64,000 nucleotides of DNA from a virus. Lineage: Duplodnaviria; Caudoviricetes. Under the pieces are notes generated by a model that was not told where the DNA came from, ran no database searches, and was given only the letters and a program-made list of their open reading frames with translations. Below are positions 17,780-27,881 of this stretch, piece after piece. Position numbers and translations under genes: made by a program. Position 1 is the first letter of the stretch, and each line of letters starts with the position of its first letter. The DNA is taken from IMG/VR virus record IMGVR_UViG_3300012231_000008, positions 4,334 to 68,333 of that record. One strand, written 5' to 3'.

Positions 17780-18813
17780 TGCGGGTCGCTGTCGTCGGTG
17801 GCGGTCTCTTTGGCTGTACGGCTGCAATCTACGCTGCTCGCGCCGGCCATGACGTGCATCTGTTTGAGGCGAAGCCGGAGCTGATGTGCGGTGCCACGGC
17901 CGGCACCTACTCACGATTGCATCGCGGATACCACTACCCGCGGTCAGCCGCGACCGGCAGAGAAAGCCGCCGGGCTGAGAAGAGCTTCCGCGCTGAGTAC
18001 GGCGCAGCGGTGATCGACAGTGGTGACCAAATCTATGTGGTGCCATCGAGGCGCAGCCACGTAACGGTCGACCAGTTCCGAGACTTCCTCGACAACGAGG
18101 GCTTGCCGTTCTCCGAGGATGGCGGCGTGTTCCAGGTGACGGAGCCCCGCATCAACCTCGCCGTCCTGCAGACGATGGTGCGGCAGAAGGTGCAGGCGGC
18201 GGGTGTCCAAGTCTACCTGAATACATGTGTACACGAGTATGACAGGTTCGACCGGGTCGTCGTCGCCACCTACGCGACGCTGAACCAAGTCCTGGGCGAT
18301 CTCGGCATGCCGTCGCAGGAGTACAAGTTCCAGGTGGTCGAGCGGCCCGTCGTCCAACTACCCGAGGCGTTCCGCAACACCTCCATCGTCGTCGTCGATG
18401 GCCCCTTCGGCTGCATCGATCCGCTCGACGAAACCAAGTTCCACGTTCTCGGCCACGTCACTAAGACGATCCACTGGGAGAACACGGGGACCAAGGCATT
18501 CGTTCCTGAGCGTCTTGAGCCGCTCATCGATGCGGGGCTGATCAATCCTTTCAGCGGGCCGACGAACGTGTGGGAGGTTGTGCATCACCTCGCAAGATAC
18601 GTTCCTGGCGTAGGCGATGCAGTGTATCAAGGGTCTAGCTTCGTGGTTCGCGCCGTGCTGGCGCACCAGGAGGCAACAGACCGGCGCCCCACATTGGTAA
18701 CGCGCCACAACGAGCGGGTGATCTCGGTGTTCTCCGGCAAGCTCGGAACCGCAGTGCGAGCCGCCCAAGAGGTGCTCGAGGCAATCGAAGCCCGCGAGAT
18801 GATTGCCGCCTAA
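17779..18813 (+). CDS. FAD-dependent oxidoreductase
   Basis: MRVAVVGGGLFGC (GxGxxG), RLHRGYHYPRS, FSGKLGT. Confidence 0.9.
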   Translation: MRVAVVGGGLFGCTAAIYAARAGHDVHLFEAKPELMCGATAGTYSRLHRGYHYPRSAATGRESRRAEKSFRAEYGAAVIDSGDQIYVVPSRRSHVTVDQFRDFLDNEGLPFSEDGGVFQVTEPRINLAVLQTMVRQKVQAAGVQVYLNTCVHEYDRFDRVVVATYATLNQVLGDLGMPSQEYKFQVVERPVVQLPEAFRNTSIVVVDGPFGCIDPLDETKFHVLGHVTKTIHWENTGTKAFVPERLEPLIDAGLINPFSGPTNVWEVVHHLARYVPGVGDAVYQGSSFVVRAVLAHQEATDRRPTLVTRHNERVISVFSGKLGTAVRAAQEVLEAIEAREMIAA

Positions 18814-19400
18814 TGCTCGCCGTCACCGGGTTCCACTCAAAGATCGTTGATGAGCTGAGGAAGCTGCTGCCAGGGGGCGAGGAGATCGTCCCCTTCGATC
18901 GCCTGATTGATCCAAAAGTGTGGTGCGATCGGTATTTGTTTTGTGCCGGCGTCCTACGACCGAAGCGCCTTGAGGAGCAGAGCCTCGACGAGCGTGACGA
19001 GAGCTGGCATGTGAACCTCATCCGCCCGATGCTTCTGTGCGATGAAATTCTGGCCCGCAATAGCCGAGCCCGCATCGTTGTGATGGGCTCGGAGTCCGGC
19101 TTCTCCTGGTCCTTCGACGGCACCTACGCGGCGGCCAAGGCGGCGCTGCATCGCTATGTCGAGACCAAGAAGCTGAAGCCTGATCAGCAACTCGTGTGCG
19201 TGGCGCCTAGTATCATCGAAGATTGCGGCATGACCATGCGCCGCGAGGATACCGAGAACCTTGAGCGCCGTAGAAAAGCCCACCCAAAGCAGCGGTTTCT
19301 CAAGGCTGTTGAGATCGCCAAACTGATCCATTTCCTTCTTTACGTGGATCAGGGATACATCTCAAACACAGTGATTCGGGTTAACGGCGGGGGAAACTAA
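18813..19400 (+). CDS. Short-chain dehydrogenase/reductase (SDR)
   Basis: YLFCAG, IVVMGSESG, YAAAK (YxxxK), CVAPSII. Confidence 0.85.
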   Translation: MLAVTGFHSKIVDELRKLLPGGEEIVPFDRLIDPKVWCDRYLFCAGVLRPKRLEEQSLDERDESWHVNLIRPMLLCDEILARNSRARIVVMGSESGFSWSFDGTYAAAKAALHRYVETKKLKPDQQLVCVAPSIIEDCGMTMRREDTENLERRRKAHPKQRFLKAVEIAKLIHFLLYVDQGYISNTVIRVNGGGN

Positions 19401-20204
19401 GTGCTCGCAGTGGTGAGCTTTTTCTGGGTTGACAAGTCCCGCGCCAATCAGCGCACGGCGCGGCCCTGGCGCGATCCGAAAACTGGTGAGACGCACATGC
19501 TCACCATCAACCCGGATGAGGTGCGCATCTGGGACCGCATGGTGGCGCGCAATCTCTCTATCCCACACCGCAGAGTCTGCGTGACCCATCGCCCGGACTG
19601 GATCGACTTCATGGAGACGGTGCCGCTGGACATGGCAAAGCATGTGCCCGGCACGTGCCTCGTGAAACTGCAGGCGCACAAGCCCGGCGGTGTCGCCAAG
19701 GAAGGCGATAACGTCGTGTTGATGGATGTCGACTGCGTGGTGACGGGAAACCTTGATCCGCTGTTCACGTCGGCAACCCCCGGCATCACGAGCTGGTGGT
19801 GGAAAAACCCGAACTATGAGCGGGGCGGCAAGCGCGGGTTCATTCAGGGGTCGCTGCAATATTTTACGGTCGGCGCCACCGAGTTCCTATGGCGCGACTT
19901 CGACCCACGATCGACGATGTCATGGCTCAATCGCCGCTTCGGTGGCGCCGAGCAATGCTGGATATCTGAGCGCATGAACGCGGAATATCCCGCGCCCGGC
20001 TGGCAATGGAACGTCGCGCATTGGACTGAGGCCGATGGCGTCTACGGAGCCGGCCGCCTCTTCAACGGCAAGATGGGTGCAGGCGTGCAGACCGAGTTGC
20101 CCGCCAATGCACGGATCGTCTTCTTTCCTGGCAACCGCAGTGCGATGCAGCCTGATACGCAAGCCCAACATCCATGGATCAAGGAGTTTCTTAGCCAGCC
20201 ATGA
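19401..20204 (+). CDS. GT-A fold glycosyltransferase (paralogue 1)
   Basis: RMVARNLSIPHRRVCVTH, HVPGTC, LMDVDCVVTGNLD (DxD), GGAEQCWISE. Confidence 0.8.
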   Translation: MLAVVSFFWVDKSRANQRTARPWRDPKTGETHMLTINPDEVRIWDRMVARNLSIPHRRVCVTHRPDWIDFMETVPLDMAKHVPGTCLVKLQAHKPGGVAKEGDNVVLMDVDCVVTGNLDPLFTSATPGITSWWWKNPNYERGGKRGFIQGSLQYFTVGATEFLWRDFDPRSTMSWLNRRFGGAEQCWISERMNAEYPAPGWQWNVAHWTEADGVYGAGRLFNGKMGAGVQTELPANARIVFFPGNRSAMQPDTQAQHPWIKEFLSQP

Positions 20205-20887
20205 TGGAATATCTGCCTCCCGTCCAGCAGCGCCCAATGTCGCCTCAAGGCAACATTAACCCGCCTAATGGTGCCTCAAAGTACCACGGCGACATCGCCG
20301 AGGGCTACGACGCCAAGCGCGTCAAGGACGCCAAATGGGTTGTCGAGCAGGCCGTCATCGAGCGCATGCTTTCCGAACTGCCGGCAGGCTCTACCATCCT
20401 TGACTGTCCCGTCGGCACTGGCCGCTTCCTCGACGTTTACAAGTCCAAGGGGTTTCAGTTCGTTGGCGCCGATCTCTCCGGCGACATGCTGATCCAGTCG
20501 GCCCTCAAGCTGCTCCCTCAGCCAGAGGTCGAGCGCTGGGTGGCGGCATGTAACGAGAAGGAAACCGTGCTACCGCTGCGCATCGGCAACAACGCGTTGG
20601 TCAACGGCGACGTCCGTAAGATCGGGCTGCCGGACAAGGCGGTAGACGCCGCAGTTATGTGTCGGCTTACTCGGTGGCTGAGTCCAGAGGACAATCAGGT
20701 CGCTATGCGCGAGCTGATGCGCGTCACGAAGGGTCGGATCATCTGGACGGCGCGCGTTGCCAATCACCCGCATGCGCGCACCGTCGAGCTGTTCGAGGCC
20801 GCGCTGAAGCCTGGCGGTTGGAAGATCGCTCGGAACGAGGCGGGCTACATCACAGACTATCGGATCCTCGAGGCCCGTCCGGCATGA
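20201..20887 (+). CDS. Class I SAM-dependent methyltransferase
   Basis: ILDCPVGTGRF, GADLSGDML, GDVRKIGLPDKAVD. Confidence 0.9.
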   Translation: MMEYLPPVQQRPMSPQGNINPPNGASKYHGDIAEGYDAKRVKDAKWVVEQAVIERMLSELPAGSTILDCPVGTGRFLDVYKSKGFQFVGADLSGDMLIQSALKLLPQPEVERWVAACNEKETVLPLRIGNNALVNGDVRKIGLPDKAVDAAVMCRLTRWLSPEDNQVAMRELMRVTKGRIIWTARVANHPHARTVELFEAALKPGGWKIARNEAGYITDYRILEARPA

Positions 20888-21282
20888 GCGATCTGCGTGA
20901 CTTCCTGAACTGGTTCGACGGCTTCGCCGAGAACATCGAGAAGACGCCGACGGCCAAGCAGTGGGCAAAGATCAAGGAGCGCGTGGGCGCGCTGCAGTTG
21001 CAGAAGGTGGAGCCAGAGACGCAGGTGACGCGTCATAATGGCCCCAGCACCCTGGTTACGGTGCGGGCTCCCAAGCCACGCAAGCCTCACCCTACCGCCT
21101 TCAAGTTCATCATCGACAATCAAGGTGTGGTCCGCCGCGGCAATGGCGAGCCCGTCCTGCCCAGCGACGTGACCGACATCATCCACGACTACCGCGACGG
21201 CGAGGCCGATCTGCGATCGATCATCTGGGCCGATGGCTCGACTGGCCTCAACGGCCAGGATCTCACGATCGTTGCTGCATGA
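20884..21282 (+). CDS. Hypothetical protein
   Basis: ATGA coupling both ends; FLNWFDGFAE...PTAKQWAKIKE. Confidence 0.65.
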   Translation: MSDLRDFLNWFDGFAENIEKTPTAKQWAKIKERVGALQLQKVEPETQVTRHNGPSTLVTVRAPKPRKPHPTAFKFIIDNQGVVRRGNGEPVLPSDVTDIIHDYRDGEADLRSIIWADGSTGLNGQDLTIVAA

Positions 21283-22115
21283 TAACCATTGCGACCTACT
21301 GGTGGAGCCCGGACGCGGGCAGCAAGTTCGACGTCCCCTACCGCACCGACGACGTCCGCCGCCTGCAGCGCATGGTGGCGAGGCACTGCACCGTACCGCA
21401 CCAGTTCGCTGTTATCACAGACCAGCCCGCTCTGTTTGCGGGCGACCGCAATATCTGCGCCATCCCCATCGACAAGACCACCCACGTTCCCGGCACCTGT
21501 TTCACCCGCTTGATGACATTCCACCCGCGAGGCCGGGAGTTGATCGGCGAGCGCATCCTGCAGCTCGATCTCGACACCGTCATCGTCGGCAACATCGATC
21601 ACCTCGTCACGCGCGAGGAGCCGGTGGTGCTCTGGCGCAACCCGACGCGGTTTCCCTGGGCCGACATGGATGCAGAGGGCCTGAAGGCCCACGTCGAGCA
21701 GAGCTTCCCCGGCATGGCCCATCTTCTCGGCAGCGTCGACTGGCGCCAGAAGAGCATCGCCTACGTGGGCGGAGAGGGTAACGTCTTCGTCGTCAACCAG
21801 CTTCGCACCTACTACAACACGTCGGTGGTATTCCACCATTGTGGCACCATGCCGGAAATCTGGGAGCGCTTCGATCCCAAGCGCCCCCCGGCCAAAGATG
21901 ACCAGTGGCATCTGTCCAACATCTTCGGCATGAACTGCCCCTACTTCGATGGCGAGCGGGATGGCGTCTACCGGCGGGCACGAGCCGACACGCCTAACTC
22001 CGGCATTGACGGCGACAAGAAGAACGCCTGCGTGCTCACGTTTCCGGGGAGCCACGGCAAGATGGACGACGCGTTCATCGCCCGGAACCCCTGGATCAAG
22101 GAGCACCTTGAGTGA
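21279..22115 (+). CDS. GT-A fold glycosyltransferase (paralogue 2)
   Basis: RMVARHCTVPHQFAVITD, HVPGTC, LDLDTVIVGNID (DxD), YNTSV, DDQWHLS. Confidence 0.85.
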   Translation: MITIATYWWSPDAGSKFDVPYRTDDVRRLQRMVARHCTVPHQFAVITDQPALFAGDRNICAIPIDKTTHVPGTCFTRLMTFHPRGRELIGERILQLDLDTVIVGNIDHLVTREEPVVLWRNPTRFPWADMDAEGLKAHVEQSFPGMAHLLGSVDWRQKSIAYVGGEGNVFVVNQLRTYYNTSVVFHHCGTMPEIWERFDPKRPPAKDDQWHLSNIFGMNCPYFDGERDGVYRRARADTPNSGIDGDKKNACVLTFPGSHGKMDDAFIARNPWIKEHLE

Positions 22116-22936
22116 ACTGGCGCGACGCGCTCAACGCTGCCGTCAAGGATGTGCCGTCCCTTCCGCGCGTCCGCTTCGACGTAGGCTGGAATGACGCATC
22201 AGACAACTGGATACTTCGCAAGCACGTCAACGGTGCCGTGCATGAGCCGGCAACCATCGCTGCGTTCCTTGCCGTTTCCCGCGCTCGACCTGTGTCCGCT
22301 GTCTACGACGTCGGCGCTTTGTTCGGATACTTCTCGCTCGTCGCCCAGCAACTGTTCATGGGATCCAAGGTCGTCGCCTTCGAGATGCATGGCGGTGTGA
22401 TCACGCCACTCATGCGTAATGTCCCAAACCTATTCTGCGTTCACGCTGCGGCCTCTGACGAGACGCGCCTCAAGGTCAAGTGCTGGGTATCCGGGTTCAA
22501 CCTCTACGAGGAGCCCGAAGGCGGCTGGGATCGCCTCGCCGATATTCCCGGCGCCATGAAGGAGCGCGGCGAGGGCAACCGAGGCCGGTTCTTCCGCGAG
22601 ATCGACTTCGTTACCATCGACGACTGCATCGCCGAGTACGGCTTGCCCGCTCCCGACCTCATCAAGATCGATGTGGAGGGCTACCAGGCCAAGGCGCTCC
22701 GCGGCGCCATGGGCACGATACGCGCGCGCAAGCCGATCATCATCATCGAACTGCACGATCCAGAGAAGATCGCCCGCTTCGGCACGACCAACAAGGACAC
22801 GGTGCAGCCCTTGTTCGATCTGGGCTATCACGCATTCTGGTGCGGCAACTTCCGCGACAAGGATGCCAGCTTCGAGGCCGTCTCGGAGATGCGCCCCGAG
22901 CACGAACGTCTGTCAATCATGGTGTTCGTGCCATGA
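22112..22936 (+). CDS. FkbM family methyltransferase
   Basis: VYDVGALFGYFS, VVAFE, TIDD, LIKIDVEGY, IIIELH. Confidence 0.9.
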   Translation: MNWRDALNAAVKDVPSLPRVRFDVGWNDASDNWILRKHVNGAVHEPATIAAFLAVSRARPVSAVYDVGALFGYFSLVAQQLFMGSKVVAFEMHGGVITPLMRNVPNLFCVHAAASDETRLKVKCWVSGFNLYEEPEGGWDRLADIPGAMKERGEGNRGRFFREIDFVTIDDCIAEYGLPAPDLIKIDVEGYQAKALRGAMGTIRARKPIIIIELHDPEKIARFGTTNKDTVQPLFDLGYHAFWCGNFRDKDASFEAVSEMRPEHERLSIMVFVP

Positions 22937-23580
22937 GGTGGGTGGACGTAGCCGGACCGCCAGGCTGTGGCAAGAGCACGCTCTGCTACGCCGTCTGGGG
23001 CGACAAGTCCGTAGGCTGGGACGGCAAGCATCAGCCAGCCTACTGGAAGCCTTTTCTCGACGAGATCAACAGCCTGATGCATCTGGTGAAGGATCACCCG
23101 AGCATCGATGCCGTGCTCCGAATGAACGACCGCTCCATCAAGAAGATGGCGACGGTCGAGCGCATGGACGCGCAGGCAGACAAGTTTCCGGTGTTCGTGC
23201 AGACCGGCTTGGTTCAGCGCATTCTCGGCTTCGGCTGGCGCCTCCAAGAGATGGGCCGTGACATCAACCTAATCCGTCCAGCGCTGTGGCGGATGCCAGT
23301 GTCTGTTGGCGTGGCCTTCCTGGAGGCGTCAGCCGAAACCATCCTGGCTCGCAACCGCGCCCGTGAGAAGGTCGCAGCTACCGCGCACGAGAACAGGTCG
23401 CTTCAGGTGCCGCTGATGCTGCCGTCGATAGCCTTGGCAAAAGAGGTGCTGATTGAGCGCTCAATCCCAGTGGTTACAATCAATGTGGAGCGCCAGTCCA
23501 TCGACGAAGCCAGGGCCGAACTGCTTGCTTTTGCCGACCGTCCAGCTTGTGACGCCGCGAAGATGGGACTTGGCCGTTAA
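22933..23580 (+). CDS. P-loop small-molecule/nucleotide kinase-like protein
   Basis: ATG 22933; VAGPPGCGKSTL Walker A; RNRAR lid-like motif. Confidence 0.75.
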   Translation: MRWVDVAGPPGCGKSTLCYAVWGDKSVGWDGKHQPAYWKPFLDEINSLMHLVKDHPSIDAVLRMNDRSIKKMATVERMDAQADKFPVFVQTGLVQRILGFGWRLQEMGRDINLIRPALWRMPVSVGVAFLEASAETILARNRAREKVAATAHENRSLQVPLMLPSIALAKEVLIERSIPVVTINVERQSIDEARAELLAFADRPACDAAKMGLGR

Positions 23581-24049
23581 GGCCCGATACTTCAAGCATC
23601 TCATCGACGGCCAAGACCCAGACGCCGGCCGCGTCTATCGTTGGCACATCGAGGCGCGCAAGGCCGCCAACGCAAAAGTCCGCATCGGCATGGACGGCAA
23701 GAATGGGACAGATCAGTACGTCGCCGACTGCCGTCAGTTGTTGCTTTCCATGCGACGACTGGGGTTCCGGCCAGAGCATGCCGCGCCGATCGATTTACAG
23801 GGTGAGCTTCTAGGCGGCGCTCATCGCGTCGCTTGCGCACTGGCGCTCGGCATCGAAGACACGCCCGTCATCCGCAAGAACAGCCTGGCCTGGGCTCCGC
23901 CGTGGGGCGAGGCGTGGTTCATCGAGAACCGCTGCGCTCCCGAAGACCTGAACCACATACGACAGGATTTCCAATCCCTGCATGACAGTCACCGTTGCCG
24001 ATCTCCAAGCGATCGAGCGCCTGATAGGGGGGCTGTCCCCCAAGGATAA
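23453..24049 (+). CDS. ParB/Srx-like domain protein (true start probably near 23520)
   Basis: IDLQGELLGGAHRVACALALG (GxHR). Confidence 0.5.
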   Translation: MSAQSQWLQSMWSASPSTKPGPNCLLLPTVQLVTPRRWDLAVKARYFKHLIDGQDPDAGRVYRWHIEARKAANAKVRIGMDGKNGTDQYVADCRQLLLSMRRLGFRPEHAAPIDLQGELLGGAHRVACALALGIEDTPVIRKNSLAWAPPWGEAWFIENRCAPEDLNHIRQDFQSLHDSHRCRSPSDRAPDRGAVPQG

Positions 24050-25553
24050 GAAGGCCCTTGTAGAACTGCCGGCCGTCAAGAAGCGGCTGGCAAAATGGCA
24101 GCCAAATCCAGGACCGCAGACAGAGGCCTACTACTGCGAAGCCGACGAGTTGCTCTTCGGTGGCTCCGCTGGCGGCGGTAAGACGGACGAGCTTCTCGGC
24201 CTCGCCATCAACGAGCACAAGCGCTCGCTGATCCTTCGCCGCATCAACCAGGATGCCGCCGGCCTGGCCGACAGGTTCCTCGAAATACTCGGCTCCGACG
24301 ATGGCTTCTCCCGCCATCCCCCGACATGGCGCGGGCCGAACGGTAAACTGGTCGAGATGAGGGGCTGCGAGTTCGAGAAAGACAAGCAGCGGTTCAAGGG
24401 AAGGCCGCACGACTTCATCGGCTACGACGAGCTCGCCGACTTCCTCGAGAGCCAGTACACGTTCATCAACACATGGAACCGCTCGACGGAGCCCGGCCAG
24501 CGTTGCCGCATCGTCGGGGCGACCAATGGCCCGACGACCGCGGAAGGCATGTGGATCGTCAAACGGTGGGCCGCGTGGCTTGATCCAAATCACCCCAAGC
24601 CCGCCAAGGATGGCGAGTTGCGATGGTATCTCACCATCGAGGGCAAGGACATCGAGGTTGACGGGCCAGGCCCGCACGATGTCCGAGGCAAGATGGTTCG
24701 CGCTACGTCGCGCACCTTCATCCGTAGCCGCCTCGAGGACAACCCCGACCTCGCAGCTACCGACTACGGCGACCGTCTTGAGAGCCTGCCAGAGGAGCTG
24801 AGGCGGGTCTACAAAGAAGGCGATTTCACCGTCGGCATGCGGGACGACGAGTACCAGTGCATCCCGACGGCATGGATCGACGCTGCCCAGCAGCGCTGGA
24901 AGGACCGCCCGCCCGAAGGCTACGCCATGACCGCCATGGCGGTCGACGTGGCGCCAGGTGGCGGCGACAAGCGCGTCATTGCCTGCCGATACGGCGGTTG
25001 GTTTCCGAAGCTCGACGTGGCTCAGGAGCGGGACAAGGACGGCCGGCTCACCGCTGCTGCCGTCGTCAAGATCCGGCGCGACAACTGCCCCGTCATCGTC
25101 GACCTCGGTGGCGGCTGGGGCGGCGATGCCGTCATCGCCCTCAAGGACAACGGCATCGATTGCGTCACCTACATGGGCCTCAACCCATCGTCGGCAACGA
25201 CGAGAGACGGCAAGATCAGGTTCGTGAATCGCAGAGCCGAGTGCATCTGGAAACTGCGCGAGGCGCTCGACCCAGGCCAGGAAGGTGGCTCGGTCATCGC
25301 GCTTCCTGCCGACGACTCCGAACTCCGGGCCGATCTTGCATCGTTCCGATGGCTTCTGAAGCCCAACGGCATCCAGATCGAGGACAAGGAAAGCATCAAG
25401 AAACGCATCGGCCGCTCGCCCGACCGCGGTGAGGCCGTCGTCATGTGCCTCGTGCCTGGAGACCAGGCTGTAAGGCGGTCACTCACGCGACGGTCCCCAC
25501 CCAAGGTGATCCTGGGCTACGCGAACGCAAAGCGGAAAACTCGCAACTACTGA
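23982..25553 (+). CDS. terL: Terminase large subunit
   Basis: GGSAGGGKT Walker A, FIGYDE Walker B, AVDVA and SPDRGEA nuclease motifs. Confidence 0.95.
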   Translation: MTVTVADLQAIERLIGGLSPKDKKALVELPAVKKRLAKWQPNPGPQTEAYYCEADELLFGGSAGGGKTDELLGLAINEHKRSLILRRINQDAAGLADRFLEILGSDDGFSRHPPTWRGPNGKLVEMRGCEFEKDKQRFKGRPHDFIGYDELADFLESQYTFINTWNRSTEPGQRCRIVGATNGPTTAEGMWIVKRWAAWLDPNHPKPAKDGELRWYLTIEGKDIEVDGPGPHDVRGKMVRATSRTFIRSRLEDNPDLAATDYGDRLESLPEELRRVYKEGDFTVGMRDDEYQCIPTAWIDAAQQRWKDRPPEGYAMTAMAVDVAPGGGDKRVIACRYGGWFPKLDVAQERDKDGRLTAAAVVKIRRDNCPVIVDLGGGWGGDAVIALKDNGIDCVTYMGLNPSSATTRDGKIRFVNRRAECIWKLREALDPGQEGGSVIALPADDSELRADLASFRWLLKPNGIQIEDKESIKKRIGRSPDRGEAVVMCLVPGDQAVRRSLTRRSPPKVILGYANAKRKTRNY

Positions 25554-25562
25554 GAGGCATCC

Positions 25563-25850
25563 ATGGCCAACGTCGGCAAGACCATCAAGAAAGTGGCAAA
25601 CAAGGTCGTCGAGACCGTGACGGCTCCGTTCAAGATGCCTGCGGCTCCAGAAGCGGCGCCTCCTCCACCGATGCCGACGCCCGAGGAGGCGCCCAGCTAC
25701 AAACGGATGCCAGTCGCGACCGATCGCGAGACCTTGATGGCCGGGATGCGCACTCGCGCCAATGCTCTGCGCCGCAAGGGCCGGCAATCCACGATCCTGA
25801 CCGATCGCGCCCGCGAGGTTGTCGGAAGCGGCTCGGAGAAGCTTGGCTGA
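25563..25850 (+). CDS. Small virion protein upstream of portal
   Basis: Pro-rich then RRKGRQSTILT, typical of podovirus pre-portal proteins. Confidence 0.7.
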   Translation: MANVGKTIKKVANKVVETVTAPFKMPAAPEAAPPPPMPTPEEAPSYKRMPVATDRETLMAGMRTRANALRRKGRQSTILTDRAREVVGSGSEKLG

Positions 25851-25874
25851 CGCGGCAACGTAGGAGTCTCCGCT

Positions 25875-27542
25875 ATGGAGCAGCGCGCTCGCGACGTCAT
25901 CAAGATCGGCAACAAGCTCTTTGAGAGCAAGCGCTCGGTCGACTCGCTGTGGCAGGAGATCGCCCTCAACTTCTATCCGAAGATGGCGAATTTCACCACC
26001 AAACGGGATGACGGAGAGGAGTATTCTGATCACCTGTTTTCCTCCTACCCGTCGATGGCGCGGCGCGAGCTCGGCAACATGCTCGCCGAGTTCCTGCGAC
26101 CCGATAAGTGGTTCGCCATCCACGTCGAGGACGAGGATCTGGACGAGTCCGACTATGAGCGCGCGTACCTTGAGAAGTTAACGGAAATACAGTGGCGGGC
26201 GATGATGGACCCGGACGCCAATCTTATTGGCGCCATGGGCATGCACGACCACGACTTCGCGGCGTTCGGCAACGCCGTTGTCAAGTTCGGGCTCAACCTG
26301 GCCGGCGATGGTCTGCTGTTCCAGAACTACCATCTGCGCGACAACGTCTGGTCGGAGAACGCGGAAGGCAAGATCGACTGCAACCACCGCAATTGGAACC
26401 CGACCGCGCGCCAGCTCAAGCACAACTTCCCCAAGACGATCAGCGCAGAGGTTCAGCGGGCCTGCAAGGACGATCCCGAAAAGGAGTTCGCCTGCCGCCA
26501 CGTCGTGCTGCCGACCAGGCTCTACGAGTACAAGAGCAAGATGGGCAAGAAATTCCCGTTCGTGTCGCTGTACGTGGAATGCGAGTCCGAGACGGTGCTG
26601 GAGGAAGTCGGTCTCAGCTACTTCTGCTACGTCATCCCGAGGTGGCAGAGAGTGGCGGGCTCCGTGTTCGGCACGTCGATGGCGACCGATGTCATCCTGC
26701 CGGACGGCCGCACGCTTCAGGTCGTCATGCGCACGTTGCGCGAGGCTGGCGAGATGTACGTCAACCCGCCGATGCTCGCGGTGACCGAGGCTATCCGCGG
26801 GGACATTGCCCTATACCCCGGCGGCATCACCACAACGGACATGGAGTACGACGAGCGCCTTGGTGAGGTGCTTCGCCCGCTGACCAAGGACAAGTCAGGC
26901 TTTCCGATCGGCATTGAGCTTGCCGCCGCCCTCAAGGAAGACATCAGGAACGGCTTCTTCCTCGACAAGATACAGTTGCCCGAGACCAACAAGAACATGA
27001 CGGCGACCGAGGTTCGGCGCCGCATCCAGGAGCACATCCGCGCTTCCGCCCCGATCGCTAAGCCAATCCAGCGCGAGTCCAATCACCCCTTGTGCGATGG
27101 CGTGTTCCAACTGCTGAGCGCGTACAATGTTTTCCCGCGCGACCAGATGCCGGACAGCCTTTCCGGTCGCGACATTAAGTTCAAGTTCCGCAGCCCGCTG
27201 GACGAACTCGCCGAGCAGAACGAGGCCGAACTGTATCTCGACAACCGCGATCGCATTCTGTTGCCGGCCGCGCAGGTCGATCCGTCCCTGATGGAGATCG
27301 TTGATCTGCATGCCGCCACCCGCGATGCACTCCGCGCCAACGGCTGGAAAGCCAAGTGGATGCGGCCCAAGGAGGCGGTCGAGGAGCGGCGCGCGGCCGA
27401 TGCCGAGGCGGCAGAGCTTGAAGCCGCTGGCCAGGAATTGGCAGGCGGTGGCGCGATTGCCGAGCAAATCGGCAAGGGCGTCGGCGCCTTGGTGGACGCC
27501 AGCACGCAGAAGCCAGAGCGGATCAACGGGCGGGGGCAGTAA
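25875..27542 (+). CDS. Portal (head-tail connector) protein, T7/BPP-1-like
   Basis: 555 aa; WQEIALNFYP, PRWQRVAGSVFGTS, MTATEVRRR, FRSPL. Confidence 0.9.
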   Translation: MEQRARDVIKIGNKLFESKRSVDSLWQEIALNFYPKMANFTTKRDDGEEYSDHLFSSYPSMARRELGNMLAEFLRPDKWFAIHVEDEDLDESDYERAYLEKLTEIQWRAMMDPDANLIGAMGMHDHDFAAFGNAVVKFGLNLAGDGLLFQNYHLRDNVWSENAEGKIDCNHRNWNPTARQLKHNFPKTISAEVQRACKDDPEKEFACRHVVLPTRLYEYKSKMGKKFPFVSLYVECESETVLEEVGLSYFCYVIPRWQRVAGSVFGTSMATDVILPDGRTLQVVMRTLREAGEMYVNPPMLAVTEAIRGDIALYPGGITTTDMEYDERLGEVLRPLTKDKSGFPIGIELAAALKEDIRNGFFLDKIQLPETNKNMTATEVRRRIQEHIRASAPIAKPIQRESNHPLCDGVFQLLSAYNVFPRDQMPDSLSGRDIKFKFRSPLDELAEQNEAELYLDNRDRILLPAAQVDPSLMEIVDLHAATRDALRANGWKAKWMRPKEAVEERRAADAEAAELEAAGQELAGGGAIAEQIGKGVGALVDASTQKPERINGRGQ

Positions 27543-27545
27543 GGC

Positions 27546-27881
27546 GTGGCCAAGCGCGAAGTGTGGCATCCGGCTCTCTACGAGCGGGGAGACGTCAGTG
27601 CCATCCAGGCACTGTATCGGTACGCGCAGTTGGCAGAGGTGGCGTGGGACGTTGGGACGATGGGTTCGCCCCCGCCAGCGCCGTCAGAGTTCGAAGTCAA
27701 GCGCGCATTGGACTGGATCATCAACCAGGCGGCGCAGACCTACGACAATTCATTTGTCCCCGACGATCCCAATGGCCGCATGGCCGCCTTCATCGAGGGA
27801 CGACGCAGCGTCGGCCAGCAGATCGTCAAGCTGATGAGGCTCTCGGGGAAGGTGCTCGAGGGCAGGGATAAGCAAGAGTAG
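27546..27881 (+). CDS. Small conserved post-portal protein (Bbp19-like)
   Basis: AAFIEGRRSVGQQI motif and position. Confidence 0.7.
   Translation: MAKREVWHPALYERGDVSAIQALYRYAQLAEVAWDVGTMGSPPPAPSEFEVKRALDWIINQAAQTYDNSFVPDDPNGRMAAFIEGRRSVGQQIVKLMRLSGKVLEGRDKQE

Noticed and set aside
15197-24049. Cluster as a DNA base-hypermodification pathway
   Set aside because: No hydroxymethylase, thymidylate synthase-like, JBP/TET or queuosine genes; late-operon location; kept only as the alternative to test
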